The notes beneath the pieces were generated by a model. The model made no database searches. It was not told the DNA's origin and was given only the letters and a program-made list of their open reading frames with translations. A stretch of 64,000 nt of DNA from Euprymna scolopes (Eukaryota): NCBI GenBank assembly GCA_053919585.1, contig CM132803.1, one strand, 5' to 3'. Shown piece by piece: positions 11,783 to 26,078 of the stretch. Position numbers and translations under genes: made by a program. Numbering within the stretch: position 1 is the first letter of the stretch; every line of letters begins with the position of its first letter.

Positions 11783-14700
11783 TGTTGTAAGTAAAACAAA
11801 TACTGTATACCCTTTAAATAAGGTTTTTATTAGCATAAAAGAACAATATGTCGGGTCCAACGTCAACACTATAAAGTAACATGGCAGACACTACTGGAGT
11901 AGTATATAGAGCTAGCGCTTCATCAGGAAGAGTGCTACTAGGAAGTTTCATATCTATACGAAACACAATACAACATTCTCCCCTCAATTATATTAGAAAG
12001 TTCCTGCCATGGGTGGAAAGTTCATTCAAGTATTAGTGTATGAAGGTGGGTTGATCACAATGAATGCAACGAATGTAGTTTAATAGTTCAGGTTCGCAAT
12101 GTTAAAACTCACTAATTCAGCACAAGGAGTGCAATTTAATAGTTCTGATGCGCAAAATAAATTTAATCAAGGTTTACTAAACTCTAGAATCACAAATTCA
12201 ACGTATCTGGTGGTCTTCTACTATGTTCTGACCGTCGCAAAACAGGTGGTTCTACTGGTGGGGGTGAATTTTCCTCTTGCTGATCTGCTGGTGTATCATT
12301 CCAGTTTTCCGAGTCATTTGGGTGATCGGTGAATTGGAAGTCTTTCAACGGGGCCAAGTCACTGCCTACCCTCGTTAGATCGAACAAAGGCATAATGGGG
12401 GTTAGCATCTAAAAGTTCAACCTTATCAACTAGAGGTTCATATTTAGTTAACCGGTTGTGTCTCTGCATTAAAACAAAACCAGATTTGGTCATCCTAGAC
12501 GGTACTGCTGTCCTGGACACTGATCTTCTTGGGTGGTTAAACAGGCACTCATGAACTGTCTCATTTATGGCTGTGTATATTAAAGACCAAATGGAATGGA
12601 AGTGGTTGTATTCATCAACTAATACCAACATATACTTATTTGGGGTAGATGAAGGTAGGGGTCCTTTAAAATCGAGGTTCAACCTCTCGAAAGGTTGGGT
12701 TGATTTGATTTGATTAAATGCCCATCAACGGGGTGGAAAAATCTTGGTTTGCGCTTGTTGCAAACAATACAGTCCTTTGTCATCTGCCGAATATCCTCAA
12801 GAGAGTAAGGGAGGTTTCTACACCTTATGAAGACCATCATCCTTGTAATCCCAGGATGGCACAAGGATCAATGCAAATTGAGGAGGTTGTTGCTACTATT
12901 CACAGTAGCACAAGAAGCACATGTCAATGCGTCAGCTACAAGATTATTCTCATCAGGGTGATAGATAATGTCGAAATTGAAGCATGAAAGCTCCAATCTC
13001 CAACGGAGCAATTTATTGTTTTTTATTCGACTATGGTGACTTTGGTTGTAAACAAATTTTACTGATTTCTGATCAGTAATAAGTTTGAAGTGCTTCCCCA
13101 AGAGGTAGTGGTGCCAATATCTAACTGCTTCTATAATGGCAGCCGCTTCCTTTTCAACAGCTGGATGGTTTAGTTCAGAGCCGTGTAGAGTTCATGAGAA
13201 GAAAACAACTGGTCTACCATTTCGGTTGAGGACTCCAGAAAGAGCACAATCAGAGGCATCAGTCTTCAACTCAAGGGAAGCATTCTCGTCGATAGTTTTT
13301 ATTACAGCTGATCCAATATCTAGCTTTAGACTGTCAAATGCATTTCGAGCTTCCTGATTAAGGGGAAATAAATTGGTATTAATAAGAGGCTGAATCTTAT
13401 CAGAATACCTATGGATCCACTTTGAGTAATACGAGAAAAAACTCAGGGCTCGTTTGAGTGATTTGCCGTCAATTGAATAAGGGATTTCTTTTTAAAGGTT
13501 TCAACCTCTCAGGGGCGGGTTTAATTTGACCGTTGGGTCCAATGATATAACCCATGGAGCTCAGTTCATTCACAGAAAACACACACTTTTCTTTATTGTA
13601 CATAATTTTCCGTTTTTCTGTTACTTTGATAAATTTCGCCAGATTCTCGTGTTGCTCCTGATCCTTTCCACAGATTAAAATATTGTCCAGCTATCCAAAG
13701 GTGTCGTGTAAGTCCACAGAACTAATAATTTCATTGACAATTCACTGAAAACAAGCAACTCTGTTTGTAACCCCATAGGGTATTCAGGTGAACTGATACA
13801 AACTGGAGTTAGCTTCAAAAGAAGTGAAGGGTTTATCATTCTCATTGATGGTGATCTGGTGATACGCATTTTTCAGGTCGATTGTGCTGAATACATTATA
13901 CTGAGCAACCTTATTCACTACGTCATCCAGCCGGAGCAGGGGGTAGGCATCAAGACTTGTGTACTTATTCACAGTCTCAGAATAATCAATGACCATTCTT
14001 TTTTTCTGATTATCGGATTTAACCACGACCACTTGTGCCCTCCAGTGGGAGTTTGAGGTTTCGATGATCCCCTCCTTTAAAAGGCGCTTAACTTCTGAGT
14101 CAATGAACTTGCTATCACTTGAGCTATAACGTCTAGACTCGGTGGCAACCAGTTTGCAGTTCTTATTTATATTAGCAAAAGGTTCAAGCGGTTCCATCGA
14201 AGCCACAGCGAGTCCACAAATCTCAATAAGAGTTGAACTCCCACCGTACTTGAAGGTAACGCTTTCATGTTTACTTTGAAAATCCAGTCCGAGAATCACA
14301 TAACAAAGGTTATTTAAAACTGACAGTTTTTGGTTGGGATACATACATTTGTTAAAAAGTACGTTAGGAAAACAAGCACCTACCACTTTGGATGAGAGGT
14401 GAGATGATGCCATCGGAACTCTCAAGTTGAATCTGTTATTTTTAAATCCAGATCCTCAGCTATTTTGGTATGAATAAAGCTGTCAGATCTACCACTGTCC
14501 ATTAGTGCTCTTAATGGCCAACCCAAAATGTGGATTTCTATGGTGGATCTCTGTAGGACCTATGGAACTGCCAAACTCAAACTTTGGTTGGATAATGGAC
14601 TGAGGCAGAAGTTTATTGAGTAGTATTATTTGATTTGAAGCATTTTGCAAAATGTTTGATCCGTTTACATCGATGACAAACACTCGATTTCACTGGATAT

Positions 14701-15175
14701 CGTGATTTTTTGGGTTTATAATTTCCACAGTTTCAACATTTAATTTCTGATTTAGCAGCATGTAGGTTTATTTGATTAAAATCCAACTCCGATGTCTCTT
14801 CCTTCCCGAGGGCTGCAGCGGTTGGTTCTCGGTATTGTGCTGGTGAATACGATTCCATATTCCTCGTAGCATTGTCCAGCGCTTGGGCCTGGTCGTCCAG
14901 GTCGAGCGTTTTATTTTCCAACAAATGCTGGCAAATGGTATGGGACTGAATTCCGGCAATAAAGGCACCCCGAATCGATTCATTAGTGTATATCGCCGCA
15001 CTGACGTCCCTAAAATTGCAGTCTTTGCTAAGGACTCGTAATGCCCAAAGATATTCATCCAGACTTTCTCCCGGTTGCTGATGCCTCGTGGTGAGTAGGT
15101 GCCATGCGTATATCTCATTTTTTGGTTTGATAAAGAGTCCCTCCAGTTTGAGACAGGCTTCTTCATAATTTTTTA
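11783..15175 (-). mobile_element. Gypsy LTR retrotransposon, 5'-truncated and degraded (gag-PR-RT-RH-IN-PPT-3'LTR)
   Basis: 3' LTR 11783-11975 with TGTTGTA...TACAACA ends; PPT TTGAGGGGAGAA (11976-11987); RT RMVIDYSETVNKYTSLDAYPL, IDLKNAYHQI; RH LITDQKSV; IN HPGITRM...CIVC, LDFKGPLP. Confidence 0.9.
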
Positions 15176-15639
15176 AACATGTTTTTTAATTATGGACAGG
15201 AAAAGGATATTAAAAAAAAAAAATTTCCAAAAGAATAACTAACAATGAACATAGTTTTTTTTTGTTGTTGATTTTCGAGTCGCAAATAAACCATCTCAAA
15301 GTTAACGCTTTGTAAAACAAAGATAAGTAAAGATAGAAACTGTGTTCAAACGCTATTTAATAGCGAAAATGTTAATTTCTTTTGTCCTAAAATTTGAAAA
15401 GAATTGGATAAAAACTTTTTATGCTAGAATCGTTAGAAATACTGACAAGCGCTTATAAACTTGAGAACTTTTGTGCGTCATTGTGCACAGAAAAAAAATC
15501 TGTAAACATACATTCGTCAACTAACTTATGAATAAAGTATTTTATTTTTTTATTTAGAAAAAAGTTTTTAATTATGGAAAGTAAAAGAATATTTTTAAAA
15601 AGTAATTATTTGAAAAAGAATGACCGACAATGACCATGC

Positions 15640-15815
15640 TTTTAAATAAGTTAAAACACACAAAACACTTATCCAGTTAAGTAAAAGAATAACTTTTATT
15701 GGGTTTGTGTTACAATCCACAGAGGTATAAAAAAGTAGGGAAAAAAAAACAAATATATAACAAATAAATGTTACCAAAGGCAAGTACTCTTCTACCTACC
15801 TCAATAAATTTTTGA
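15640..15815. repeat. Fragments of the same MITE family as 59370-59925
   Basis: aaaacaaatatataacaaataaatgttaccaaaggcaag and aaacacttatccagttaagtaaaag match the arms of the fold-back element at 59.4-59.9 kb. Confidence 0.65.
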
Positions 15816-16549
15816 TGCTGTAAATGTTTCCTGATCAAGCAAACAAGTAGTGTCAAGTGTTACATGAGAACAAGAAAAAAATGTCCACGATGTCTCTTGA
15901 AGTTTTGACACTGACTTAAAAATAAAAAATTATACAAAATAGTGGTAATGAATGTCATGTCAGCAAGGATCACTTCACTGCCCGGTCTATACATGATGTT
16001 GTAGTTGTACCCCTGGATCTTTAGCAGCATGCGCTGTAACCGGTGTGGTACTGAGTACAGTGGCTTGGCGCAGATTGGTACCAGTGGCTTATGGTCCGTG
16101 ATGACAGAAAAGGCTTTTCCTTGAAGGTCTTCGTCGTTCTGGCCAAATACTGCCACATCATCAGCAGTACTGGCCACACCATCTAGACCTTCTAGGATTT
16201 GGTCCATTTTTGCTTGGAAAATATCCTGGGAGATGTTAAGGCCAAATGGTAAGCGTTTCCAGCATACCCCTCCAAAAGGTGTCCTGCAGGTTGTCAAGAG
16301 CTGTGACTCTTCATTCAGGAGTATCGACCAGTATCTAGCCTTGGCATCAAGTTTGCTGAATACTTTGGCTTTTGCAAAAGCTGGGTTCAGTTCCTCCACG
16401 GTGGGTATTTTGTGTGGACACCTCTTGAGACTTGCGTTAAGCTTCTGTGGATCCATGCATATTCAGAGCGACCCATCTTTCTTGGTGCTGTACACGAGGC
16501 TGGAGCACCAATCTGTGTGTTCTTCGACGTTCATGAGCACATCTTCATC

Positions 16550-19500
16550 TGTCATGCTGTGTTAGCTCGTGTTGTGTGGTTGGTTAATAGAGAGAAACGA
16601 AAAGACGCGTGTTGTTAGTTTTAAATATAAAACATGGAGGCCTTTATTTCCAGTGCGCATGCGTGGTTGTTACAAAACAAGGATTGTCATGAAACAAAAT
16701 GATAACGTTGTTACAAAACTAGGATTGTAACGAAATGAAACGATAACATCGTTACATCCCCCCTTTACCAATATGAAGATTATGATATTGAGCATATTCA
16801 ATATATGATAAAAGGTAAGGGCTAATTCAGGGTAGACTGCCTGAATAGCTACAGCGAAGCAGGGGATTATTCTGCCCCATGAATTGCTTGCTATACTTCT
16901 CTAGAAAATGTTAACAAGTTCATTTTTGATGGTGGTCGTACCATCCTGCCACTGCGAGTGTATTGTTGGGAGTCTCTTTGTGGAGACTGAGTTGTACATG
17001 CAGGTGTTTTTTTTTTGTTTTTTTTTTTTTTTTTTACAAAGGCGTCACCACATTATCAAGGCCCAGAGGCCACTCAAGGATAAGGGTTAAAGAGTGTACA
17101 GTAGAAATTGGTCAATATAGTAATCATTAGTAATGAAAATTTGGTAAATTTAATAACTTATATGGAACGGCTCATCAAGAACTTATTTACTTTAGACTTG
17201 AACACAACCATATTGTAGTCAGCCGGAAAGCAGGAAAACGGAAGACAATTCCACAGGTGTGCAGTTCTAAGAAAGAAGCTTTGTTCATGGAATCTACGTT
17301 TAGGTTTAGGCACAGATAAAGAGTGGGGGAAATTATTGATAGTGTTTACAGCTAGACGAGTGTTTCTTGTGAAAGTTTGGCGAGGGGGGGACCATAGATT
17401 GAAGCTCAGTTGAACACTTTCCATGAAAATAACGATACATCAGAGACAAACTCGCAACATCTCTTCTGTGAGATAGAGGTTGCAAGGAGGAGAAAAGGAC
17501 ATCTCCTACGAGGCTACGAAGTCTATTTTGAACTCTATCAAGGCAGGACAAGTCCTTTCTAGCAGCTCCTGCCCAGATGTGGCAACAGTATTCCATCCTT
17601 GGACGTACCTGGCTCTTATATAGGTAGAGAATAGCATCAGCAGTGAGATATCTACTGGATCGATAGAAAGATCCCACCATTTTTCCAGCGGCCTTGGCAA
17701 CAGATTTGATATACGTGTTCCATTTAAGATCAGGAGTAATGGTCAAGCCCAGAAGCTTGTCAAAACTTGAGGCCTCCTGAAGACGAGAGCCATTCATTTC
17801 AATTGATGACAAATGTGAATTAGAATGTTGATGATGTAAAGAGAGAAGCTTGGTTTTAGATGCATTAAAAGTAACCAGCCACTCCTTTCCCCATTGTACT
17901 ACGTGCTCAAGATCAGAGGAGAGAGAATTGGAGAGAACTTGGTCGTTTACTGTCTTAGATGTGGTACCATAAATGGTAGTGTCGTCAGCATAAATGTCTA
18001 CAAATGATGTAAGGATATGATTTGGAAGATCATTAATGTAGATCAGGAAAAGAGTTGGGCCCAGGATGGATCCCTGAGGGACACCGGCATTAATACTGTG
18101 AGCTTCTGATTTTTGCCCCTCAACTACTACTCTTATGAACCTATCAGAAAGAAATGATTTATAATTGAGAAGACTTTTCCAGCTATACCATAGCTAGCGA
18201 TCTTATGAAGTAAACCTTTATGCCATACCCTATCAAAGGCTTTAGATATGTCAAGAGCAATTGCCCTAGAAAGATTGCCACCGTCGAGAGATTTGCTAAT
18301 CCTATGCGATATAACTGTAAGGACATCTGCTGTAGATCTAGCAGAACGGAAACCATATTGAGTGTCACTAAGAAGGTTATTTTTGTTGAGATGTGGTTCT
18401 GCAAATGTTACATGCTTTGGCGTTTGTGGTGGTGTTGGCCTTATTGGAGCACTCCTAATATGCTGCCGGTTTCTCCGTATCATATATCTGTTTGCAGTTT
18501 GTAGGAGATATGATCGGGGACCATCTGCTTGAGAAGCTACGGTTGCTAAGTTCCAGTTTCCGTGTGTTGGGTGTTGTGCTCTTACCCTCTGGCCAGGATA
18601 TAAAGGTGGTAGGTCTTCCTTGAGTGCATGCTGGTCAAAATATTTCTTTTGCTTGTGTTGTCTTTGTTTAAAAGCATCATATATTTGATCCTGATCTTGG
18701 TGGTTGTTTTCTATTTTTGTTGCAATTGGGGATTGGATTCGTCTACCCATGAGTAGCTGTGCGGGGCTGGGTATGGCGTTTGAGATAGGTGTGCAGCGCC
18801 AGTGCAATAATGCAATTTCGGGTGTTGTCCTAGATTGCTTGGCCTTTTTGAGGATGGTCTTGATGGTCCTTATCTGGCGCTCTATGAAACCATTTCCCTG
18901 TGGTCTTCGAGGTGAGGTGGTCTGATGGTTGAAACCCCATTCTGTTGCAAATTCGTGGTAAAGGGCGCTTGAGAAGTGCGGTCCGTTGTCACTAACCACT
19001 TTTGACGGTATGCCAAACTCCGCGAAGGTTTGTTGCGTTATTTTTATGACAACACTGCTTGGTGAGTGGGCAGGTAACTGTTTGATAACAGGGTACTTGG
19101 AGTAGTAGTCTGCTATGATCAGCCATTGATGTCCATGGAGCTCGAAAAGGTCTGTTCCAACTACGTCCCATGACTTTGTCGGAATGTCGTGCTATAGAAG
19201 AGGCTCTGACATTTGTGATGGCTGATGTTGTTGACAGATGCTACATGAGCTTGTGAATTGTTCGATGTCTCTGTTTATATTTTTCCAATAGACAGTGTCT
19301 TTGGCTAGGGGTTTGGTTTTCTCCTGTCCTAAGTGAGCGGTGTGGAGTTGCTTTAGGATATCTTCTTGGAGGGTCTGAGGAATGACAATTTGTTGTCCTT
19401 TAAGGATAAGGCCGTCATCAATTGATAGCTGATCTCTTAGGCTCCAAAATTCTCTGATATCGGTAGGCAGTTGCTTGATTGTCTCAGGCCATCCCATGAC

Positions 19501-22500
19501 AATGGTATCTCTTAGCTGGTAAAGCAGAGGGTCAGCTGTTGTGCAGTCTCTCAGTTTTTCAACGCGGTCAGCAGAGAAACGAATGGTGTCAACTCAAACA
19601 TCTAGATCGATAGGGTCCGAATTACCAGGTGATGGCAGGCGTGATAACCCATCAGCCAATATGTTTTCGGATCCCTTGTTGTAGGATAATCTGAAATTAT
19701 ATCCCTGTAGCTGGATGAGCATTCGTTGTAGGCGAGCTGGAGCTGAGGTGAGAGGTTTGTCAATGATCATGACAAGAGGTTTGTGGTCAGTGACAATTTG
19801 GAAACCATGACCGTATAAATATGTGTGGAATCTATGTGTGCCAAACACAATTGCCAGTAGTTCCCGCTCGATACATGTGTATCGTTGTTCTGTTTGTGTC
19901 AGACTCTTGCTTGCGTATAAGACAGGCATTAAATTGCCAGCTGAGTCTGGTTGTAGAAGCGCTGCTCCTATTCCATGAAGACTTGCATCGCAGTCTAATT
20001 AGATTGGGCGCTTGGAGTCAAAGTAGTGAAGCAGGGACGTTTCAGACACTTCACTCTTCAGGTTTTTGAAAACCGTCTGGTGGTGTGGCTCCCATTGGAA
20101 TTCTGACTCTTTGTGAAGTAAGTCACGTAATACAGTGGTTTTTGAGCTGAAATCCTTAATAAAGCGGGATAGGTATGTCATTACACCTAGAAACTGTTGC
20201 AGTTCTGTTTTATTGCGTGGTTCTGGAATTTCCTGTAGGTCTCGTACCTTTGCTGGGTCCGGTTTCATTCCAGAATGGGTGTATATATTTCCGAAGAAGG
20301 AGATTTCCTGGCGTTTTATCTCGCATTTCTTGGAATTCATTGTGAGGCCCTCTTGTGTGGCGACTTCCATGAGGTGCCTTAGGTTGTTGTCATGTTCACG
20401 TTCTGTTGAGCCATATACAACAATATCATCCGCTATACCGCATACTCCTGTGCACTTCTCAAGTATTCTGTCCATCTCGAGCTGGTAGATGTCTTGGCTC
20501 ATGTTTAAACCAAATGGAAGTCGTTGGAAGCAGTACCTTCCAAATGGTGTTTGAAAAGTGGTCAGGATCTGGCTTTCCTGGTCAAGCTTTATAGACCAGT
20601 ATCCTGCCTTAGCATTTGAGAAGTATTTTGCACCTGCAAACCGGTGATTGAGTTCCTCAACTGTTGGGATTTGATGATACGGCCGCATTAGGTCTTTGTT
20701 TAGTGCCCTTGGGTCTAAGCAGACCCTTATTGTGTTGTCGCGTTTGGTTACATATGTAAGGGAGCTTACCCAGTCAGTTGGCTCCTCAATATGACGAATG
20801 ACATTCTGTGACTCCATTGTGTCTAGTTCAGCCTTGATCTTCTCCCGCATGGCTATTGGCGTTCTTCTTGGTGCATCTATGTGGCATGGAGTGTTAGGGT
20901 TGACAGTGAGCTTGTGTGTTTTCTTGAACTCGCCAATGCGGTCGAATCTGTCGGGGTATAAACGCATCAGATCATCTATGCTGTTGATAGGTTGTTGCTG
21001 AACGGATATGGCACAGTTCATTGTCACAACGTTGAAGGCTACAGATGTTGGCAGGCCCAGTATAGCTGGTCCTGGAGTGTTGACCACATAAAATTGAGTG
21101 TTGAGCCATGAAGAGTCCTTGTATTTGCACCTGATGTTTGTGGTGCCATGGCATTTTATTTCAGTGTTGTTGTATGCTGTCAGTACGCATTTCGTTGGGT
21201 TTAGTGACCCAGGTATTGGGTTTCCATCTTCGTTTATGGCGGAGGGGCACATATTGCGGAATATGCGTAAAGGTAGTGTGTTTGCCTGTGCACCCGTGTC
21301 TACCTTCAGTTTGAGGCTGTGCGTACCTGGGTGGTCTGTCAATATAACGTTGATATTGACAAACGCTTCATTTTGTGTTGTTTTTTATTTGTGCAGTGGA
21401 TGTTCACTGTTAATAGTGCTGAATGTGAGGTGCTCCATCGCCGCATGTAGTTTTGTTGTGGCTCAGTCGTCATGTTCAGCAACGCTGTTGACTTTTCGGC
21501 CTGGTCCATGTTGTCTGTGCCTTGGCTGGCTGCGGCTTTTGTGCCAGGGTTTTTCTTGTTTCCTGGGTCTGAGTCTCGCTGAGAAGCACAATTTGGCCCA
21601 ATGGCCCATTTTCTCGCAGGAGCTGCATATGTCGTTCTTGGCAGGGCAATGCTCCTTGCCAAAACGGTGGTCCCGTCAACAATTTTTACACAAGTTGCTG
21701 GTATTTCTGTTGCCTTTCTGGCATTCGCGACCACCGCGATTTATGGTGTCTATCTGTGACAGGCCATGTAGTTGGTGTATTTTGTTTATATACACGGCTG
21801 AAGCCCTATATGTGCGTGCTAATTTCACAGCCTCTTCTATTGTGTAGCCCTTCGGCTTGTTTAACAGTTCTTTTTGTAAGTCCGATATGGGCGTGTTGAC
21901 TATCAGTATTTCTACTAAATGTTTGTTCATTTCATGGGCTGTGAAATCGCATTTCTTCGCCTGTAAGCGCCACCTGTTTAGAAATATGTCTGTCGTCTCG
22001 GTAGGTTTTTGTTGGTATCTACTGAGTTCGAGCCTACATATACGGTGGTTGGTTGCTGGTTCCAGCTGCTCCAAAAATGCGTTGAAAATTTTGTTGCCGT
22101 CTCTTCGGTCTTCGTTTGACATAGACCAACTGTTGTATCTACGAATTCCTTCCTCACCAGTTGCGAGTAGAATGATAGGCACTTTCTCTTCTTCTTTAGT
22201 TCCCTTTGCTGTGAAATAAAGTTCCAAACGTTGTTGGAATATCTTGAATGACTCTGCAGTGTTAGGCGAGTCCCAGTCGAGAATGGGAACTGGTATCGAT
22301 ATATTAGCCATAGTAGTATTAGTGTTGTTGCGAGCTTCAACGAGTGTGTGTGTGTGTGTGTTTTACGAAGTTTTGGTTCGAAAAGAAAAGAGAAAAAAAA
22401 AGTAAAAAAATATAATGTCTTACTTTTATCGTTGTTTTATTTTATTTTTCCCTTTATCTCGCCGCTGTCACCATGTCATGCTGTGTTAGCTCGTATTGTG

Positions 22501-22680
22501 TGGTTGGTTAATAGAGAGAAACGAAAAGACGCGTGTTGTTAGTTTTAAATATAAAACATGGAGGCCTTTATTTCCAGTGTGCATGCGTGGTTGTTACAAA
22601 ACAAGGATTGTCATGAAACGAAATGATAACGTTGTTACAAAACTAGGATTGTAACGAAACGAAACGATAACATCGTTACA
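16550..22680 (-). mobile_element. Full-length Mag-like Gypsy LTR retrotransposon (frameshifted), nested in a related element
   Basis: 207-bp LTRs 16550-16756 and 22474-22680 with 4 differences; TG...CA; TSD CATC; PBS TGGTGACAGCGGCGAG; PPT next to 16757; gag 21676-22311, PR KVDTGAQAN, RT IADD, RH, IN SDNGPHF..GFIER. Confidence 0.95.
17007..18392 (-). mobile_element. 5'-truncated CR1/L2-group LINE inserted in the integrase tail
   Basis: QYGFRSARST, LDISKAFDRVWH, QGSILGP, IYADD, RPRMEYCCHIWAG; 3' poly(A) (poly-T on + at 17007-17036); flanked by GTG/GTG; host frame rejoins as AEP|PACTTQ...YTRSGRMVRPP. Confidence 0.9.
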
Positions 22681-24403
22681 CATCAATGAGCCTATTGATT
22701 TCCTCCTTTATTTTATCCTTGAGGTGGATGCTGCATTTCCGTGGAGGGTCGATGAAAAGCTCGGCACCTTCCTTCAGTAAGAGTTTGGGAGTCACACTAA
22801 AATTTCCTATCCTGTCAAACTGATTTGGGAAATCGTACATCAGTTGGGTGATGGACATGATGGGTGCAGCTGGGCATCTTTTGAGGGTGTCGACACGAAT
22901 TGTGATAAGCCTCAGCCTTTTACATGTTGGGAGCCCCATGACTGCAGGTCTTGATACTTCTACAACATAGAACAATGTGTTTGTCCACTCTGAGTCCTTG
23001 TGTTGACATAGGAAGCTAATAGTTCCCAGGCATCAGATGCGCTCGCCTCCGCATGAGGTCAATTTAACGTGTGGACAGGGTTTTAAGATGGACAGGGCTT
23101 CTTGAGATTTGCCATACATCTGCTGGAAAGTCAATTTTCATTTGTAGGGTGTGTTGCGTTTTACACTTTAAGTGGAGTGGCCTGATGTTCAGAGTTGTGT
23201 AGGCCTCATCCCTAGGTCTCTTAGTGATGCTGTCCATGCATTTTGCACTGACGGTGATGGAGTGGAAGTGCTACAGGTAAGCGTCCTCATCACTGCCGGT
23301 ACCTATATGATAAAAACTTTTCCCATATGTCCTGCCTTCGGTTCTCTTTTGGGTTTTGGTTTGAGTGTTTGCGAGAATTGCTGCAGTGTTTGCCTTTTCT
23401 TCTGTGGTCTTTGGTTTTGCGTTTCTGCAGCATCTTGCCCAGTGTCTCTTGCTTCCACATGCAGAACACTCATCATTATATGCTGGGCATTGCCTGGGCT
23501 TGTGGCTGGTATTGCAGTTCCTACACTTCCTGCCTTGGTTGACGTTGTCGATTCTTTCAGATTTCGGCATTCCGAGCTGGTTTAGTTGCTCATTCCCAGC
23601 GGTGAGGGCTTTGTACTTCCGACTCTTGGTTAGCACGTTGGCTATGCTTCAGTTTGCTATACAGCTCATTTCTGAAAGCTTCGTATAGTGTTGAGAAAAT
23701 AATGAGCTCTATTAATCTCTCGCTCAGCTCCTCGTCTGTAAAATCACATTTATGTGCTAAGGTTCTGGCTCGTGTAACGAAGTCGTCCAGCATCTCGTTT
23801 TGTTTCTGACGATACTTCGTTAGGTGGAGTCTGTGAATTCGGAAGTTTACATTCACCTGGGGTTGACTTTCAAAGAAATTCCACAGGTGTTCCAGTGACT
23901 TCTTTTCCTCGTCAGTGAGTCCACTGGCGTTTACGCATCTTAGGCCTTGGTCGCCTCTACCGCGGCATATTTTCCTGGCTTGCTTTGTGCGTTCAGTAAT
24001 TTCTTCATCCTCTATATAGAGGTTCATTTTCTGTTTGAACAGGAACATAGCTTCGCTGAGGTCTGGGTTTGACCAGTTCATAGTTGGTAGGAGGTGTGCC
24101 ATAATTTATTGTTTGTTGATGTTTTTGACGGCAAATAATATTATTGTTATTTCTGAATTTTGGGGGTTTTTTTCTACAAGAGCGGGGAAATAATACGTAC
24201 TCACGCTTTTTTTTCCAATATGGCGTCATTTGTATCCCCATGTTCTCACTGGCCGACTGTGCATGCACAAAGTTTTTTTCCGTTTGTTATTTTCTTTTTT
24301 TTGTTGCAGTCGTAGTGCTGTTCTTTCTGTATATATTTATTCATGGTTATTTAATCCCACCACTAGCCACCATGAAGTGTTACTTATTGGAGTGCTATTT
24401 ATA

Positions 24404-25950
24404 CTCGTGTTGGTCAAAAAAATAGAACATCATGTTTTTTGGCGCTAAATTCTTATTGAGGGCGATCTGTGAGATGTAATTCGTACTAAAATATCCTATC
24501 ATGCTAAACAAACTGAAATAGTTGTTTTATGACAGAATGTTTTTCTCATATCAATTGCAATGTCAGTTTTTGAATATTTCCTGTTTCAAAATAATAGAAC
24601 AAGTCAGGTAAGTAAACAAAATAGTTTTTTTGTATTAAAAAAATTCATCAATATTTAGTAGCAGCATCTTTTGCCTTGATAACTACATCAATTCTCCGGG
24701 GCATGGAATCAACAAGATTCTCGCAATCCTGTGTAGACACTGAATCCCATGTGTTCTGGATTGCAATCTTCATGGCTGCAAGGGTAGTAGGTTTTTTTTT
24801 TTGCAGAGCTTCCTCTTCATCTGGTCCCACAATGCTTCAATAACGTTCAAATCTGGTAAGTTCGTCGGCCATTCAAGAACAGAGATCGATCGTTCTCGGA
24901 GCCAGGAAGACGTGGTCTTGGCAGAGTGTGCCAGTGCCAAGTCATGTTGAAAAATGATGTCTGTAGCCTCACTGTCAAACTGGTTATTCGACATTAGCAG
25001 TAAATTAGCTTCCAGGATATCTTGGTACATGTTTGTGTTTACAGTTCCTTTGATGAAGTATAAATTACCGACCCTTTCAGCACTCATACAGCCTCAAACC
25101 ATGCAAGAACTGCGGGAACTACACAGACTTCTTAACGCATTCTTGGTTATACCGTTCTGTGATTCTTTGCCAAACACATGGCCCTTGGTCGACGAAGGAA
25201 ATATAAAATCGAGACTCCTCTGTAAAGATCATGTGCCACCATTCATCTGCAGTCTAGGTTTGATGAGCAGTTGCCCATCGCAGCCTCAACACCTGCTTCT
25301 TGTTAAGGAGCAGTTTTGTGGCAGCTATACGATTCCGGTATCCCAAATGCCAGAGCCTTCGGTAGGTAGTGCTTCTCAAAACGTTGGCACAAGAACCCTG
25401 TTTCCACACTTCAGTGATGTGACTTGTTGATTGGAATCGACTTTTCTTTGTCACCTTGTCCAGTGCCCGGTCTTTTCTTTCAGTGGTGCTTTTATTTCAT
25501 CCGCATTTCTTGCGATTGCTATTGGAAACACCCTCAGCACCTTTCTGAATATCCAACCTTGATTGCAATTTCCATGTGCGTCTTTCCTTCTGCCCGCAAA
25601 TCAAAGATATGTTGCTTCTCAGGCAAAGATATGTCTTTAGAGCGACCTATACTTATACAGTATTATTAAATCGCTTTCAAAATCTTTTTAAACAGTATTT
25701 GCAAAATTTTTTGAGTTTAAGATTACTCAACAACAAAATGTTCTATTAAATTGAAACGTTGACTTTTCTAATGTGACAATAAAGTACTCATTGTCTGCCA
25801 CATATAATAACAATTGCAACTATTTTTAATCATTTGAGGAGGTGCGATTGTTATTTAAATATAAGATAGCTCGCCTGTACAATTTACAAGCTGAAAATGA
25901 TCCCAAACAGAATGAATTTACATATGTTCTATTATTTTGGCCAGCATAAG
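24404..25950 (-). mobile_element. Tc1/mariner DNA transposon, degraded transposase
   Basis: TIRs ctcgtgttggtcaaaaaaatagaacat / atgttctattattttggccagcataag; TA on both sides; IFQHDLALAH, EWPTNLPDLNVIEALW, LVDSMPRRIDVVIKAKDAATKY. Confidence 0.9.
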
Positions 25951-26078
25951 TAGGAAATAGAGCCGAACAGAGGAGCGAGGTAATCAACGTTTATTTTGCA
26001 TGAGAGCTAGGCCGGTAAGGTTACATCCGGACCTATACAAAGGGAGGTAATTGGTTTAGTGCATTTCATTGAGCAACA

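Larger units (their letters stand above)
15860..26078 (-). mobile_element. Mag-like Gypsy host element (5'LTR-PBS-gag-PR-RT with internal RT/RH deletion), interrupted by nested insertions
   Basis: Gag 23271-24102 (CRNCNTSHKPRQCPAY..CSACGSKRHWARCC); RT rejoins in frame across the 16550-22680 insertion (EEINRLID|EDVLMNVEEHTDWCSS); PBS TGGTGGCTAGTGGTGGGATT (tRNA-Leu-like) ending at 24372; 5' LTR 24373-26078 split by Tc1. Confidence 0.85.

Noticed and set aside
20135-22219. Long plus-strand ORFs (e.g. 21098-21847; also 33474-35043 and 43382-43834)
   Set aside because: Antisense shadows of minus-strand gag/pol with no motifs of their own.
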